Below the pieces are notes generated by a model. It did not search any database. It had not been told where the DNA came from and worked only from the letters and a program-made list of their open reading frames with translations. The position numbers were made by a program, and so were the translations under genes. From Lama glama (taxonomy: Eukaryota): a stretch of DNA of 64,000 nucleotides. The DNA lies in the NCBI GenBank assembly GCA_028534125.1, contig CM052832.1, positions 17,238,001 to 17,302,000 on the forward strand, given 5' to 3'. How positions within the stretch are numbered: the first letter of the stretch is position 1; each line of letters starts with the position of its first letter. Below are positions 12,497-25,322 of the stretch, piece by piece.

Positions 12497-12601
12497 CCAC
12501 TGTGGCATTTGATATACTCCACTCATAGTTGTTATATGTACCAGTTGTATATGCGCCAGATGTAAGTAGAGAAAAGGTAGGAAATTTATGGTTAAATTTC
12601 T

Positions 12602-13450
12602 TCCTACCTGAGAAGAGAAAAATAAAGGCCTCATCAAAGTTTGCTTTCATGGGCTGTGGAGTGAAACAGCTCTTCTCTTTTTTTGAAATAAGTCATTTCG
12701 GAGGAAATAGTGGTGGAAATGAGTGTCTTTTCCCCATCCACGCACCACTGGGCAGCTTATTTTTTAATATATCAGTCATCTAATTCTCTTACCCAGTGCT
12801 CAAGTAGTACCCAAACAACTCCTTCCACTTCTGTCCTTCCTGCATCTGTCCACATTCCCTTTATTTGTCTACCCAGTCTGTGCCCTCTTTACGTGTGGAC
12901 CCATCTGACCTATGGTTTTCATCTGGTTTACACCATAAATAGCTGCCTATACCATATATTCTAATCTACTATATCAATATAGGAAAGCAGAGTCTGAAAA
13001 TTACTATGACTATCATTGCTAGACAAGAGTCTTGAGTCTACTAAAAAAGACCTGGTTTTAGCTGGAAGGATGAACTCATGAGAGCATTGAGTGTGTCAGG
13101 GGATGGACCCCTTTTCCTAGAGCAAACGGAGCCTTTATAGAAACAAAAGAATAATGTGACTTGCCTTCCTTAACTGGGCCATTGGGAGGGTAAATCCCAA
13201 AGTAGCAATTAATGCCCTTCAAGGAGTCATTCTAGTTAGAACAGTTTCTGAGGAATACCTTCAACATGACTCCACACTGTTGTACTAAGATAATGATGAC
13301 TCTATAGACTCGCCATCACTGATAACCATACTTTAAGCTGTGTTTATGGAGAAGGGTATGAGTGGTCCTGAAATTTCTTCCCCAATTCCTCATCATGCTA
13401 AGGACCAAATTTAAAGGAATACTTGTTAGAGGTAGTCTAATGGAGAGGTA
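12602..13450 (-). promoter_or_regulatory. Putative OR2J promoter and 5'UTR exon, copy A
   Basis: Non-repetitive block conserved in all three units; homeodomain motif caattaatg at 13206-13214, O/E-like ttctgaggaa and ttcctagag; minus-strand donor cag|gtagga (intron starts 12607). Confidence 0.5.
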
Positions 13451-14344
13451 AGGAGGCAACATGAAACATTTCTAAAATGGAATACATAAAGAATAAACTG
13501 TATATCTTTGCCTTATGAATTTGAGTTTATTGTGTCTGCCAACATCTATAAACTTCAAGGCCAAGTTTAGCCCTGCAGAAGTACTGAAAATGATCTTTAA
13601 AGACCATTCAAACTATAACTCAGATGGTAACTATCAAAACTCAGAAATATAACAAAACTATTTAATATTTCCAAAACATTTTCATCAGTAATTTCCTTTG
13701 GTGTCTTATCAAGAGTTTTGCAATAATATATAAACAAATGAAATTAACTGTGATTACAAATCTACATGTAATAATTGACTTATTACTGTTTAAAAAAGCA
13801 GATCATGAGTTTATAAATTAATTGATATTTTTTAATTGCTAAATTGTTTCTAGTTAATATACTCCATCTGTAGAAAGAAAATTTTGGCATAGAAATTATA
13901 AATTGTAATAAGATTAGATTTTTTAAATTGTAATGTTAAGAGAGAAATTGGGTATTTTTTCTTTCTATTTAAGAGAAGTATCAGAAAATAATCTTTACAT
14001 TTCAATGGTCTTCATTGTTGTGAGAACTCAAAGAGAAAAATATATAACGTTTTCCACAGAGCTTGGTACATAATTATTCAATACATCTTAGCTATTATCA
14101 CCATTAGAGTTAATTTTATTTGAACCAAAATTTTAACAAACAATTATACTTTATTTCTTTGCTATTCTTTATTCTAGATGCTTAAAATATTATGAATAGA
14201 ACACCTATATTCCTACAACTCATAATCATCAACTATTAGTTTTCTCAGATTTATTTCAGGCATCTTTTAGAGACAATTTGCAGCCAGACTAGTGCATGGT
14301 AAGATCAACAGAAGAAAAACAAGATTGAAGAATATGCTGGATTT

Positions 14345-15910
14345 GAATCAAGATGGTAAAGGAGGAGGATGTAGAACTCATCTCCCCCAACAAACACATA
14401 AAAAATACAACTAATTGTCGAATAACTCTCACTGAAAACTAACTGGAGACTAGCAGAAAGACTCCTGTATAACCATGACTATAAAAAGGATAAACTCAGA
14501 ATCAGGAGGGGAAGAGAAGTGGTCAGGTGAGGACCTGTGCCCGTATGAGGGGATTCAGAAGAAAAGGAAGACTACCTGGGCTGAGATGTTCTGTGAGGAA
14601 TGAGTGGTTCAAGCCACATATTGGGCAGCCCAGTCCCGGGGTCTGACAAAGGGAAGCAGAGTCCCTTTGGCTGTTTGGAAGGCCAATGAGACTAACACGT
14701 GGGTTGTAGGAAGCCTTGACTCAGCTCAGGAGTAGCACACAAACAGTGGCTTCCTCCTGAAGCAGGGTGGAAAGGGCAGAGTGAAACCATGCTGCTGGCC
14801 GACTGGTTTCACACGACCACCTTGTCACATGCCCTGCACTAAGCAGAGCTAATGCTCCAGCACAGCTGGAGATTCACATCGCCCTTCCAACTGAAGCAAG
14901 GGCTGCCATGACCAAGGAAAAGGCTCTGCATGGGATGCTGTGGCAGCTCCAACCCTAAATGGCCTCTGAGCTGGGAGGGGGCAGCCATCAGGTAGCACGT
15001 CAGAAGCAGACCAGATCTCTGTGGTGGCCAGATTACCACACCCAATACACTGACCATTGCCAAATAAACACACCAGTCCCTCTTGCTCCAGCACTGCTCC
15101 CCTCTGGCGCTGCAGGGGCTGGTGCTGGGAGGGAAAAGGGCAATAAACTTAAAGGAAATGGAGCCAGTTTGACCCAACCCTCAGGGCTTCTGCTCCAGCA
15201 ATTTGGGACACACCCATGCCCCAGACAGGTGGCCACTGAGCAGAGGAGAAGCCTGGTTCACAGCTGGTTCTGGCCCCAGCCCCTTCATCTCTAGCCCCAC
15301 CTTCTACCAAGGTGATAGCTGTCAGGACACCCTAAGGAAAGACATCACTTGTGTGCACCTCAAACCCACCAAAGCCACTGGGCACACACAGACTGCATAG
15401 GGATGCTCCCATATAAGACAGAAATAAACAATTTACTATATAAAGAATTCAAAGCAGTAAATAGAAGAATGCTAACTGAATTAGGGAAAAGAACAGATGA
15501 ACACAGTGAGAATTTTAACAAGGAACTAGAAAATAAAAATGATCCATTCAGAACTGAAGAATACAATAACTAAAATGAAAAACACACTCACAGCAGAAAA
15601 AAAGTGACAATGAATATATGTATGTTCATGTATAACTGAAAAATTGTGCTCTACACTGGAATTTGACACAACATCGTAAAATGACTATAACTCAATAAAA
15701 AAAAAGTTAGAAAAAAACACACTAGAAGGAAAGAAGAATGCATAAGTGATCTGGAAGACAGATTAATGAAAACCACCAAATGAGAAGAGCAAAAAGAAAC
15801 ATTTTGAAAAACGAAAACAATTTATGGGATCTCTGGGACAACATCAAGGGTACCAACATTCAAATTTATGGGTTCCAAAAGGAGAAGAGAGAGAAAAGAG
15901 TGTGGAAAAT
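14345..15910 (+). mobile_element. L1 5'UTR and start of ORF1 (3' part missing)
   Basis: Starts tcaagatgg; GC-richer 5'UTR; ORF1-like peptide KEFKAVNRRMLTELGKRTDEHSENFNKELEN. Confidence 0.8.
15589..15712 (+). mobile_element. Young L1 extreme 3' end nested in older L1 ORF1
   Basis: gttcatgtataactgaaaaattgtgctctacactgg...ctataactcaataaaaaaa; 11-bp TSD aaaaacacact at 15578-15588 and 15713-15723. Confidence 0.85.
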
Positions 15911-16450
15911 GTAAATGTGGAGCTGCATGTTGAAGCAAGCAGGGCTAGAGCATTTGCTCAGCTCAGGTTGGGGCATGAGCCTAGGGGACAGCCTTGGGAA
16001 GCCACTGAGGCAGTTTTCAATTGTCCCTCTCCTCACTACTTCAGGAGCAAGCAAATGTGCACGTGCTCCTTAGGAATGGAGTCCAGGTTTCACACATTCT
16101 TCTGTTTGTCCCACCAGTACTCCAACCAGCCAAGGAGGCTTGTCTTCCCCGTGTAGGATCCCAGAGCTGGGCGCCCAATATGTGCTCAAACCACTCACTA
16201 CCTGAGGAGAATGTCTGCCCATGTAATCTCCGTTTTCCTCTGAGCCCCTCCCAGGGGCACAGGTCTCAACCTTATAGCTTCTGTTCCTACCCAATTACAT
16301 GTGGATATTTCTTAAAGCCTTGGCTATAGAGGAGTCTCTCTGCTAGCCTCTAGTTAATTTTCATCCAGCCTTTTTCCACACATAGATGTATTTTTGATGA
16401 ATTCATTGGGGAAGGGAGTTTTGCGTCTTCCTACTCCATCTTGATCTCCT
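15911..16450 (-). mobile_element. L1 5'UTR fragment, antisense
   Basis: Ends cgtcttcctactccatcttga, the reverse complement of an L1 start (tcaagatggagtaggaagacg). Confidence 0.7.
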
Positions 16451-17288
16451 CTAGTGCATAATTTATTTAATGGGGAGGCAATAAGAGGAATTTTCTACTC
16501 AAATGACAACTTCCTTTTCCCAGTTCTTTCTCCTTTGCCTTTATATTATATCAATAATAAATATTCGACACCTTACTCACTTTTTATATCGTTTAAATAA
16601 CTATTCAGTACTTTACAGTTTTTCCATCATCCTAATATGTATCTTTGACTCTTGATTTTTTAGTTACTTTTGATAGAAGCAAGTTGGCACTTTGTCAAGC
16701 TCATATAACTAGATTATTATGATTTATTAATGAATCTATTACAATAATCAGAATAAATAATAACTATATCAATATAATGTGACAAAGTTACTAACGTAGT
16801 TTTCATAATTATTTTGGATGACTATTTTGCTTAATTCAGACAAAAAATTAAAATCAGAATATTTCATATTAATAGTTTAGATTAGTCAAATATCTGGTTC
16901 CAGAGTACCTTTCCCTTGAATTCATACCATATTATGTACACAGCCTATGACAATAACTACCTATAATATGGGTTATTTATTATATTTTACTGTTGATTTA
17001 CTTTGACTTTTGTTTTTACATTGTCTTTTACATTAACATATTTTCCTTCCTAAATATTAGCATTTACCAACAAACAGAGACAGTCTTGTCCACGGCAATT
17101 CCTGAGAGAGAATCAAACTATTTCCTGACACTCTAGTGAGAAGAAAATATGTCTCCTAGGGGAGGGAGGAAGGATGAGGATTCAGAACAAGGAGAAAAAA
17201 TGAAGTATAACATAATCCTATCCCTGTTTTTTCTTTTTCAGCCCGAGAAAAGCTCAAATATGTCATGATATCATCAGCACAGCCCTGT

Positions 17289-17359
17289 ATGCGTGTGTGT
17301 GTGTGCGTGTGCATGTGTGCGTGTGTGCGTGTGTGTGTGTGGGTGTGTGTGTGTGTGTG
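17289..17359. repeat. (TG)n/(TGCG) microsatellite
   Basis: Directly visible. Confidence 0.95.
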
Positions 17360-18064
17360 ACTGAGGGCATTGCTAGGAGGGACATGATGCTCTTTCAGGA
17401 GACATATAATCTTCCTGAGATCAGACCTGGTCCTGACTAGAACAAAAGCTTCTCAGTGCACAGTCTTAGAAGTGAGGATTGGGGTGATTTCCATCTTCTT
17501 GATTTGGGGAGGCTATAAGAACAGGGTGCAGAGAAAATCAAAGAGTGGCTCATCAGAAGCAAATACAACCTACTTTTTTCCCTCAAATATTATGATTAAA
17601 GGTATGTGATATAATTGATGTCTTACGAGAGTTGTGGAAGATGGTGGATTAAAGTGTGAAAATGGATAGCCAATACCCAAAGTATTTTTCAGTTCTGGCC
17701 ATTATTTTTATATTATTTTTCTCCTTCTCTGAAGGGTATACCAATTTACTCAATTTGCTGATATCCCTGTCATAAAACTGCTATAAGTTGCTCTAAATTA
17801 ATTCACAGGAAATAGATATATCTCTTATTGTTAGGTAATGGAAATGCCTAGATTACCCTGTATATGTTACTCTAATCAAATGATAAAATTGTTTCTGCTG
17901 AGTTATGTTAAGGCATCACCCAGATAAATATTAAGTCCTAGATGAAATGACTATGGGTAAATTATGGAAAGAAATGGGTAATCATCTCTACAATCTTTAA
18001 TGACCAATTTACAAATTGTATGTACTATTAAGCATTTTAGAAATGAAAACTTCAGAATAATGTA

Positions 18065-18200
18065 GGTTAATATGTATTGAGTTTTTCTTGTATGCCAGGC
18101 ACTGTACTAAGTGTTTCATATAAAATATCTAATAATATATCACGTTTTTCTTTGACTGACAGGAAAGAAAGAAACAGAGATTAAAAAGGGATTGAGTCAG
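18065..18200 (-). mobile_element. MIR/L2-type fragment
   Basis: tattgagt...tatgccaggcactgtactaagtgtttcata. Confidence 0.55.
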
Positions 18201-19094
18201 TTAAGGGAACATTTCTAATTATCTGGAGCTGACCCCAAATGAATCACTTATGCTGGATTATTTCCAAAGCAGAACTATATAGAATGTATGTCTTAGATCT
18301 TGAAGCTGGCTAAACAGGAAAACTGAGGAACAGATATTTAAGCAAATGTTAGCTTTGACCCAGCAGTAGGTGTACTAGGATTTGAACCAGATAGACGATT
18401 TCCAGAACACTCTTGATTACTATGTTATTCATTATAGATCTGAATGTGTGTTTCTCTCTGTGAATGTACAGATATATGTAAATATGCAAAAATGTACATT
18501 TTTATACATGTGTTTTTGTGAGCATACCTAATACTTTTGTCTGTTCATAATAATTTGTAACCCTCAAAAAGCATACTTTTGTTTTAAACATACTGGCATC
18601 AAACATTAATGTGGAATAAATAGTGATGTGTTATAAAACAATGTAGTATACATATGATCTCAGGTGATGCTAATGAACAAAGTCCAGAAGAATGGAAGTA
18701 AAACTTCCTCATTCTTCTGCCCTTTTCATGGCAAACATTGTTTAGAATTCTGGTTGATGACATTTCAAAAGAAAAATGTAAAGTACAGTACATTCACAAA
18801 ACGAACAAGGAATATTTTGTCAGGAATTGATAATAATTATCAGATTGAGAGAAAAATAACCATCACATTTAAGATATGTAAGAGAGATGAGATTTATCAC
18901 AATTAACCTCAGAAAATAGAATATGCACCAATGGGCAGAATATATAGGCAGCCAGAATAAAGCCAAGCACTTAAATTTTTCATTACATAAGAGCTTATTC
19001 ATTGTTAAGGGTGGTGAATATAACGGTACAAATATAATTCTACACTCTGTGTCTGTGTCTGAGACCACGCTCAGGAAGAAATGAACAATTTATT

Positions 19095-19500
19095 GTCCTT
19101 GGAGTAGTGTAAGTGCTCTCATAGCAGTTATAGAGTGATGGGAACACACAGTGGAGGGGGCATGTAACTGACTAGGATGGGGGCAGGGAGAGCAGGAGTT
19201 AGGAACAAGTTTCCAGAGAGGAGATGAAGTTATGCTGGAACTTGAACATAGCCTGCTCAGTAGATGGAGAAATAGGGAGGCAAATGTCAAGCGCCCAGGG
19301 AGAAATGAGCACAAGAAAAAGGAAATATATGCAAGACATGTACTAAAAGATCTGAGTACTTTGCTAGGACTATAATATGAGATCCATTTGGATAAAGGAT
19401 GAGATAGAAGTCTCTACTGAAAGTCAGTGACTTGATTCATAAGGCAATGGTAATTTTCATTTAGCAAAGGACATTGTGATGGAGAAGGAATGGTAGATGA
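19095..19500 (-). mobile_element. Degenerate L2 LINE fragment
   Basis: taagtgctc...gatgggaacacacagtggagggg...ttccagagaggagatgaag...gctggaacttgaa, typical antisense L2. Confidence 0.55.
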
Positions 19501-19555
19501 GAAATATTACAAGTACAGAAATTTGTTGCAGTGTGGAATTATCTCAGCAGTACTA

Positions 19556-19610
<55 letters not shown>
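19556..19610. repeat. (TG)n(TA)n microsatellite
   Basis: Directly visible. Confidence 0.95.
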
Positions 19611-19611
<1 letters not shown>

Positions 19612-20160
19612 ATAGGAATGGCTGTGATATAGTCTTCAGAGAGCTGCCCTTCACACCTCAGCTCATGCTTCTCATTATCAAGAGCCCTCTGTGAACATCC
19701 AATCTAACTGGTCAGTCACCAGGATATACCTTGGTCTTAATTCTCCGCATTGAAGCAATTATTTAATTATTGAATGGACATTTAATTTTTGCTTTGCCTA
19801 AGTCCCACATGGGAAGAAGTGAGGTTTTTCCATTGTTGAATCCAGGACCTACAACAGTAACTGCAAAATACTCTGAAAATACTCTGTGTTCAATAAATAT
19901 CTGTTGAATGAATGAGTGAAAAAAGTAAGTCAGTGGCAAAAGAAAAGGAAAGAATAGACAGGTATGAGAGGACCTTTATTTGGTAGTATTTGACCACTAT
20001 AAAATGAAGGGATGAGAGAGAGTTGTCCTGGATTTTTTTTTCCATTTGATGCCTGCCAACTGATATATTTTGGACAAATCAGCTGGGGTAGTGAACACAG
20101 AATAGGATTTGGTTTCAGGATGAGTGTAATTCCCAAACTTTTTGAATTTTAGAATTGCAG

Positions 20161-20268
20161 GTAAGAAATTTATCTCTATGACTTGCTAGAGCTCATTAAG
20201 AGTAACATAAAGATTTATATTTATATCTGAGAGCATCTTTCTGATGACTTCATCTTTCTTATTTTCAG
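20161..20268 (+). other. Probable short (108-nt) 5'UTR intron of the family-10 OR gene
   Basis: Donor cag|gtaaga at 20160|20161; branch-like ctgatgac, pyrimidine tract and ttttcag| ending 20268, three nt before the ATG. Confidence 0.55.
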
Positions 20269-20271
20269 GTC

Positions 20272-21646
20272 ATGAACCTCAATTGTTCCCTGTGGCAGGA
20301 CAACAGCATGTCTGTGAAACGCTTTGCATTTGCCAGATTCTCTGAGGTCACTGAACAGTGTTTCCTTTTATTTACCCTCATCCTACTCATGTTCTTAGCA
20401 TCACTGACAGGCAATGCTCTCATAGCCCTTGCCATCTGGACCAACCCGGTCCTCCATACCCCCATCTACTTCTTCCTGGCCAACTTGTCTCTCTTGGAGA
20501 TTGGCTACACTTGCTCTGTCGTACCCAAGATGCTGCAGAGCCTTGTGAGTGAGGCCCGAGGAATCTCTCGGGAGGGTTGTGCTACACAGATGTTCTTCTT
20601 TGCACTATTTGGTATCAGTGAGTGCTGTCTTTTGGCAGCCATGGCTTTTGACCGCTATATGGCCANNNNNNNNNNNNNNNNNNNNNNNNNNNNNNNNNNN
20701 NNNNNNNNNNNNNNNNNNNNNNNNNNNNNNNNNNNNNNNNNNNNNNNNNNNNNNNNNNNNNNNNNNNNNNNNNNNNNNNNNNNNNNNNNNNNNNNNNNNN
20801 NNNNNNNNNNNNNNNNNNNNNNNNNNNNNNNNNNNNNNNNNNNNNNNNNNNNNNNNNNNNNNNNNNNNNNNNNNNNNNNNNNNNNNNNNNNNNNNNNNNN
20901 NNNNNNNNNNNNNNNNNNNNNNNNNNNNNNNNNNNNNNNNNNNNNNNNNNNNNNNNNNNNNNNNNNNNNNNNNNNNNNNNNNNNNNNNNNNNNNNNNNNN
21001 NNNNNNNNNNNNNNNNNNNNNNNNNNNNNNNNNNNNNNNNNNNNNNNNNNNNNNNNNNNNNNNNNNNNNNNNNNNNNNNNNNNNNNNNNNNNNNNNNNNN
21101 NNNNNNNNNNNNNNNNNNNNNNNNNNNNNNNNNNNNNNNNNNNNNNNNNNNNNNNNNNNNNNNNNAGGCTTGGGCCAGACCAACTACATTTTCTCCTTGG
21201 ACTTCTGTGGCCCCTGTGAAATCGACCACTTCTTCTGTGACCTCCACCCTATCCTGGCACTTGCTTGTGGCGATACATCCCACAATGAGGCTGCGGTCTT
21301 TGTCGTGGCCATCCTTTGCATTTCCAGCCCATTTTTATTAATCATTGCTTCTTATGGCAGAATTCTAGCTGCCGTGCTGATCTTGCCCTCCCTTGAAGGC
21401 CGCCGAAAAGCTCTTTCCACCTGTTCTTCCCACCTACTTGTAGTAACACTCTTCTATGGCTCAGCATCTGTCACCTACTTGATGCCCAAGGCTAGCCATT
21501 CACAAGGAATGGATAAATTCCTAAGCCTATTCTATACAGTAGTAACATCCATGCTCAACCCCATCATCTATAGTTTAAGGAACAAAGAAGTCAAGGCAGC
21601 TCTTCAGAGAACTCTGGGCAAAAAAAACCTTTTGACTCATAAGTAG
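20272..21646 (+). CDS. Olfactory receptor family 10 (Or10al-type / OR10C1-like), interrupted by an assembly gap
   Basis: 5' part 20272-20665 (MNLNCSLWQDNS...LHTPIYFFLANLSLLEIGY...MAFDRYMA) and 3' part 21167-21646 (GLGQTN...HFFCD...KALSTCSSHL...MLNPIIYSLRN) are both open and collinear; the N-terminus resembles MHC-linked rodent Or10al proteins as recalled. Confidence 0.85.
20666..21165. other. Assembly gap, exactly 500 N
   Basis: Run of N. Confidence 0.99.
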
Positions 21647-22649
21647 ATTTCAGAGAACCAGACAAATCTGCTCTTTGAAAAAGATGCACACACAACCTAA
21701 GAGGAAAGAAAGAAAGAAAAGACTGTGTATTCATCAACCTGTTCTATAAGGACCTTCTTAATAACAGTGACTGTAATTTTGGAGACACCTTTGTACTCAC
21801 TGTTCTCATTGCCAAATTCTGGAAGGAAGTTGGCTAACAAATAGCTTAATAGGTGAGTCCAAAACTAGACAGGTTTTCTAAAATATTTCAGTTTAGGCTG
21901 AAGTATAGGCTTATAGAGTATAGAGTACAAACTGCCAGATTATATCTCAGAAGCCTGGCTAATTCTCACTCTATTTGGCATTTTCTGGCCCTTGAGGGGT
22001 TCATCTGACATCTGCTCTGGCCACTGGGTGTAGTGCTCTCACATATGTCTGTTCCACATGACTCTGAATTCCCTAATAACTCTTCGATGTGCATTACTTA
22101 CTTCCATAAAAATGTTTTAAAATTCTTCAAACTTAACTATAATATAGACATAGTTAAATAATTATTTTTGTGAGCTGTGCATACTCTGAAAATACAAAAC
22201 ATCAAAAAAAGCAAACTCTTAAGATTCAGAGGTATTTGCTACAGAATACTAAAAGAAAATTATGGAAAATTTTTACCAGGAGCCCCCATGGTGAAATTGT
22301 TTTTGAAAAGAAAGATATATCATATTTAAATTCAAGGATAGAAGAAGAAAACTGAACTGAAGAATTATTATAGTTTTAGAGATTTTTATGTAATTTACAA
22401 AATTTACATATGTGCAAATAATTCCTGACTCAATGTATCTGGAAATCATTGAAAATCTTGTTTTTAAGAGAAATTAACATGGTTACAGCACAATCTAATA
22501 GCTCAAGGGGTCTGTATAGGCATTGCCTTGGATTAGAACATCTAGTTCTCAGGGGTGTGCTGTGATCTATGATGGATTAATAATGATTTATATAGTAGTG
22601 ATAATATGACAAGGAGGGGAGAACTGTGACTGCTACTATGACAACTGAG

Positions 22650-22940
22650 TATAGAATAAATAAGTTCTGGTGATCTAACCTATAGCATGGTGATCGTAGT
22701 AAATAATACTGTATTGTATACTTGAAATTTGCTAAAGAGAGTAGATCTTAAGTGTTCTTATCACACAAATACACAAATGATAACGATGGAGATGATGGAT
22801 GTGTTACTTAACTTGATTGTGGTAATCACTTCCCAATGGATACATATATCAAATCATCACATAATACATCTTAACTCTTTAACTCTTGACAATTTTATTT
22901 GTCAATTTATCTCAATAAAGCTGGAAAAGAAAAAGAAGAA
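22650..22940 (+). mobile_element. L1 3'UTR end
   Basis: aataagttctggtgatcta...ttgaaatttgctaaagagagtagatcttaag...tctcaataaagctggaaaa. Confidence 0.8.
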
Positions 22941-23324
22941 GGTGATAATTCTATGATCAGGGGACAGTAGTGATGTTCACTAATGAGCAAGATGTGTGTT
23001 TTGCCAGGTATCATCATTTTACCAAAACCTATGTAATTCATTGGACCAAAACATAATACATTGTGGTTTTTATTTTTATTCTATTTTTATGTATGTGTAG
23101 TCATTAACAATGAAAATAATCTGAAAATGCAGAAATAACTACTTAACAATTACACTACAGGAATAGGCAAGAATTATCTGTAAGCATTAGAGATTATTAT
23201 GTATAAGTATGTTTATTAATCTAGAAAAAAATGAATGATTTATTAAGCATTGAAGTGAATTGAAAAATTTGCAGAGCAGGACTGTTTTTGTTCAGTTTTA
23301 TAAGTTTGAAACAAATAAAAAAAC

Positions 23325-24595
23325 TGGACAACTACATATAAAAAGGAAATTAGAACATGTCCTGACATCACATGAAAAATAAACTCAAAATAGATTAAAG
23401 ACCTAAATGTAAGACTGGAAACCATAAAGCTCCTAGAACAGAACATGGGCAGAACACTCTTTGACATAAATACTAGCAATATATTTTTGGTTGTATTTCC
23501 TAAAGCAAAAGAAATAAAAGCAAAAACAAATAAATGGAACCGAATTAAACTTAAAAGCTTTTGAACAGCAAAGAAAACCATCAACAAAATGAAAAGGCAA
23601 ACTACTGAATGTGAGAAATATTTGAAAATGATATGACTGATAAGGGGTTAATATCCAAAATATATAAACACCTCATACAATTCAATATAAAAAAAACAGA
23701 TTTTAAAGTGGGCAGAAGAACTGAATAGACATTTTTCCAAAGAAGATATATAGATGGCTAATACACACATGAAAAGATGGTCAACACTGCTAATTATCAG
23801 AGAAATGCAAATCAAAATCACAATTAGATATCACCTCACACCTGTCAGAATGGCTATCATCAAAAAATTTACAAACAACAAATGTTGGTAAGGATGTGGA
23901 GAAAAGGGAATCCTGTACACTCTTGGTGGGAATGTAAATTGGTGCAACCACCATGGAAAACTATCTGGAGTTTCCTAAAAAAAACTAAAAATAGAATTAC
24001 CATATGATCTAGTAATTCCTCTCTGAGGAATGTATGTATGTATGTATCTGAGGAAAACAGAAATTTGAAAAGATACATGTACCAACATTCATAGCAGGAT
24101 TGTTTACAATAGCCAACATATGGAAGGAACCTAAGTGTTCACCAACAGATGAATGGATAAATGAGATGGGATTCTATAAAAATATAGATAGATAGAGAGT
24201 ATTATTCTCAGTGAAATGTCAGATAAAGAAAGACAAATACTCTGTTATCACTTACATGTGGAATTTAAAAGATAAAACAAACAAATGTATATAACAAAAC
24301 AGAAACAGACTCACATATATAAAAAACAAACTAGTGTTCCCAGTGGAGAGAGGAAAGTAGGGAGGAGCAGGATAGGGACATAGGATTAAGACATACAAAC
24401 TACTATGTATAAAGTTGATATGCTAAATAAGGATATATTGTACAGCACAATGAAATATAGCCACTATTTTCTAATAATGTTAAATGGAGTATAACTATAA
24501 AAATATTGAATCATTATGTTGTACAGCTGAAACTAATATAAAATTGTAAATCAACTATACTTCAATAAATAAAGTATATCTTTTGTGATAAAAAA
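23325..24595 (+). mobile_element. 5'-truncated L1 (ORF2 C-terminus and 3'UTR)
   Basis: aaagacctaaatgtaagact...cacctcacacctgtcagaatggc...caactatacttcaataaa. Confidence 0.9.
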
Positions 24596-24604
24596 GGAAA
24601 TCAA

Positions 24605-25322
24605 AGATCAAAAATTATATTATCATCTCAATGGATGCAGAAAAAGCTTTTGACAAAATATAATACCCATTTATGATTTAAAAAAAACTCAATAAAGTGG
24701 ATATAGAGGGAACATACCTCAACCCATAAGGCCACATGTGACAGTCTCACAGCTAACTTCATATACTCAGTGATGAAAAGCTTAAAACTTTTCCTCTAAG
24801 ATCAGGAACAAGACACAGTTGCCCACTCTCATCACTTCTATTCAATATAGTCTTGGAATACCCAGCAAAAGCCATCAGAAAAGAAAAAGAAATAAAAGGA
24901 ATCTGAATTGGAAAAGAAGATGTACTACTATCACTGTTTGTAGATAACATGATACTATATGTGGAAAATCCTAAAGACTCCATCAATGTGCTACTAGAAC
25001 CCATTGATGAATTCAATAAAATTGCAAGATACAAAATTCATACACAGAAATATATTGTGTTTCTATACACTAACGACAAACTATGAGAAAGAGAAATTTT
25101 AAAAAATTCTCATTCACAATCGCATCAAAAATATTAAGAGGTAAAAACTACTAGGTATAAAATAAATAAGATACAAGGATGTAATGCACAGCACAGGGAA
25201 TATAGTAAATATTTTATAATAACTTTAAATAAAGTTTAATCTATAAAAGATTCAATCACTGTGTTGTACATCTGGAACTATTGTAACTGCAAATCAACTA
25301 TACTTCAACAACAACAAAAAAT
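24605..25322 (+). mobile_element. L1 ORF2 RT-region fragment joined to an L1 3' end
   Basis: gatgcagaaaaagcttttgacaaaat...ctgtttgtagataacatgat (degenerate LFADDM), then a 3'UTR ending caactatacttcaac. Confidence 0.85.

Noticed and set aside
14839..16329. Cluster of 60-112 aa ORFs on both strands
   Set aside because: They lie in GC-richer L1 5'UTR/ORF1 remnants; no independent gene signal.
20272..21646. Apparent frameshifted OR pseudogene and long X-containing ORFs
   Set aside because: The frame change falls in an arbitrary 500-N gap; both sequenced halves are open.
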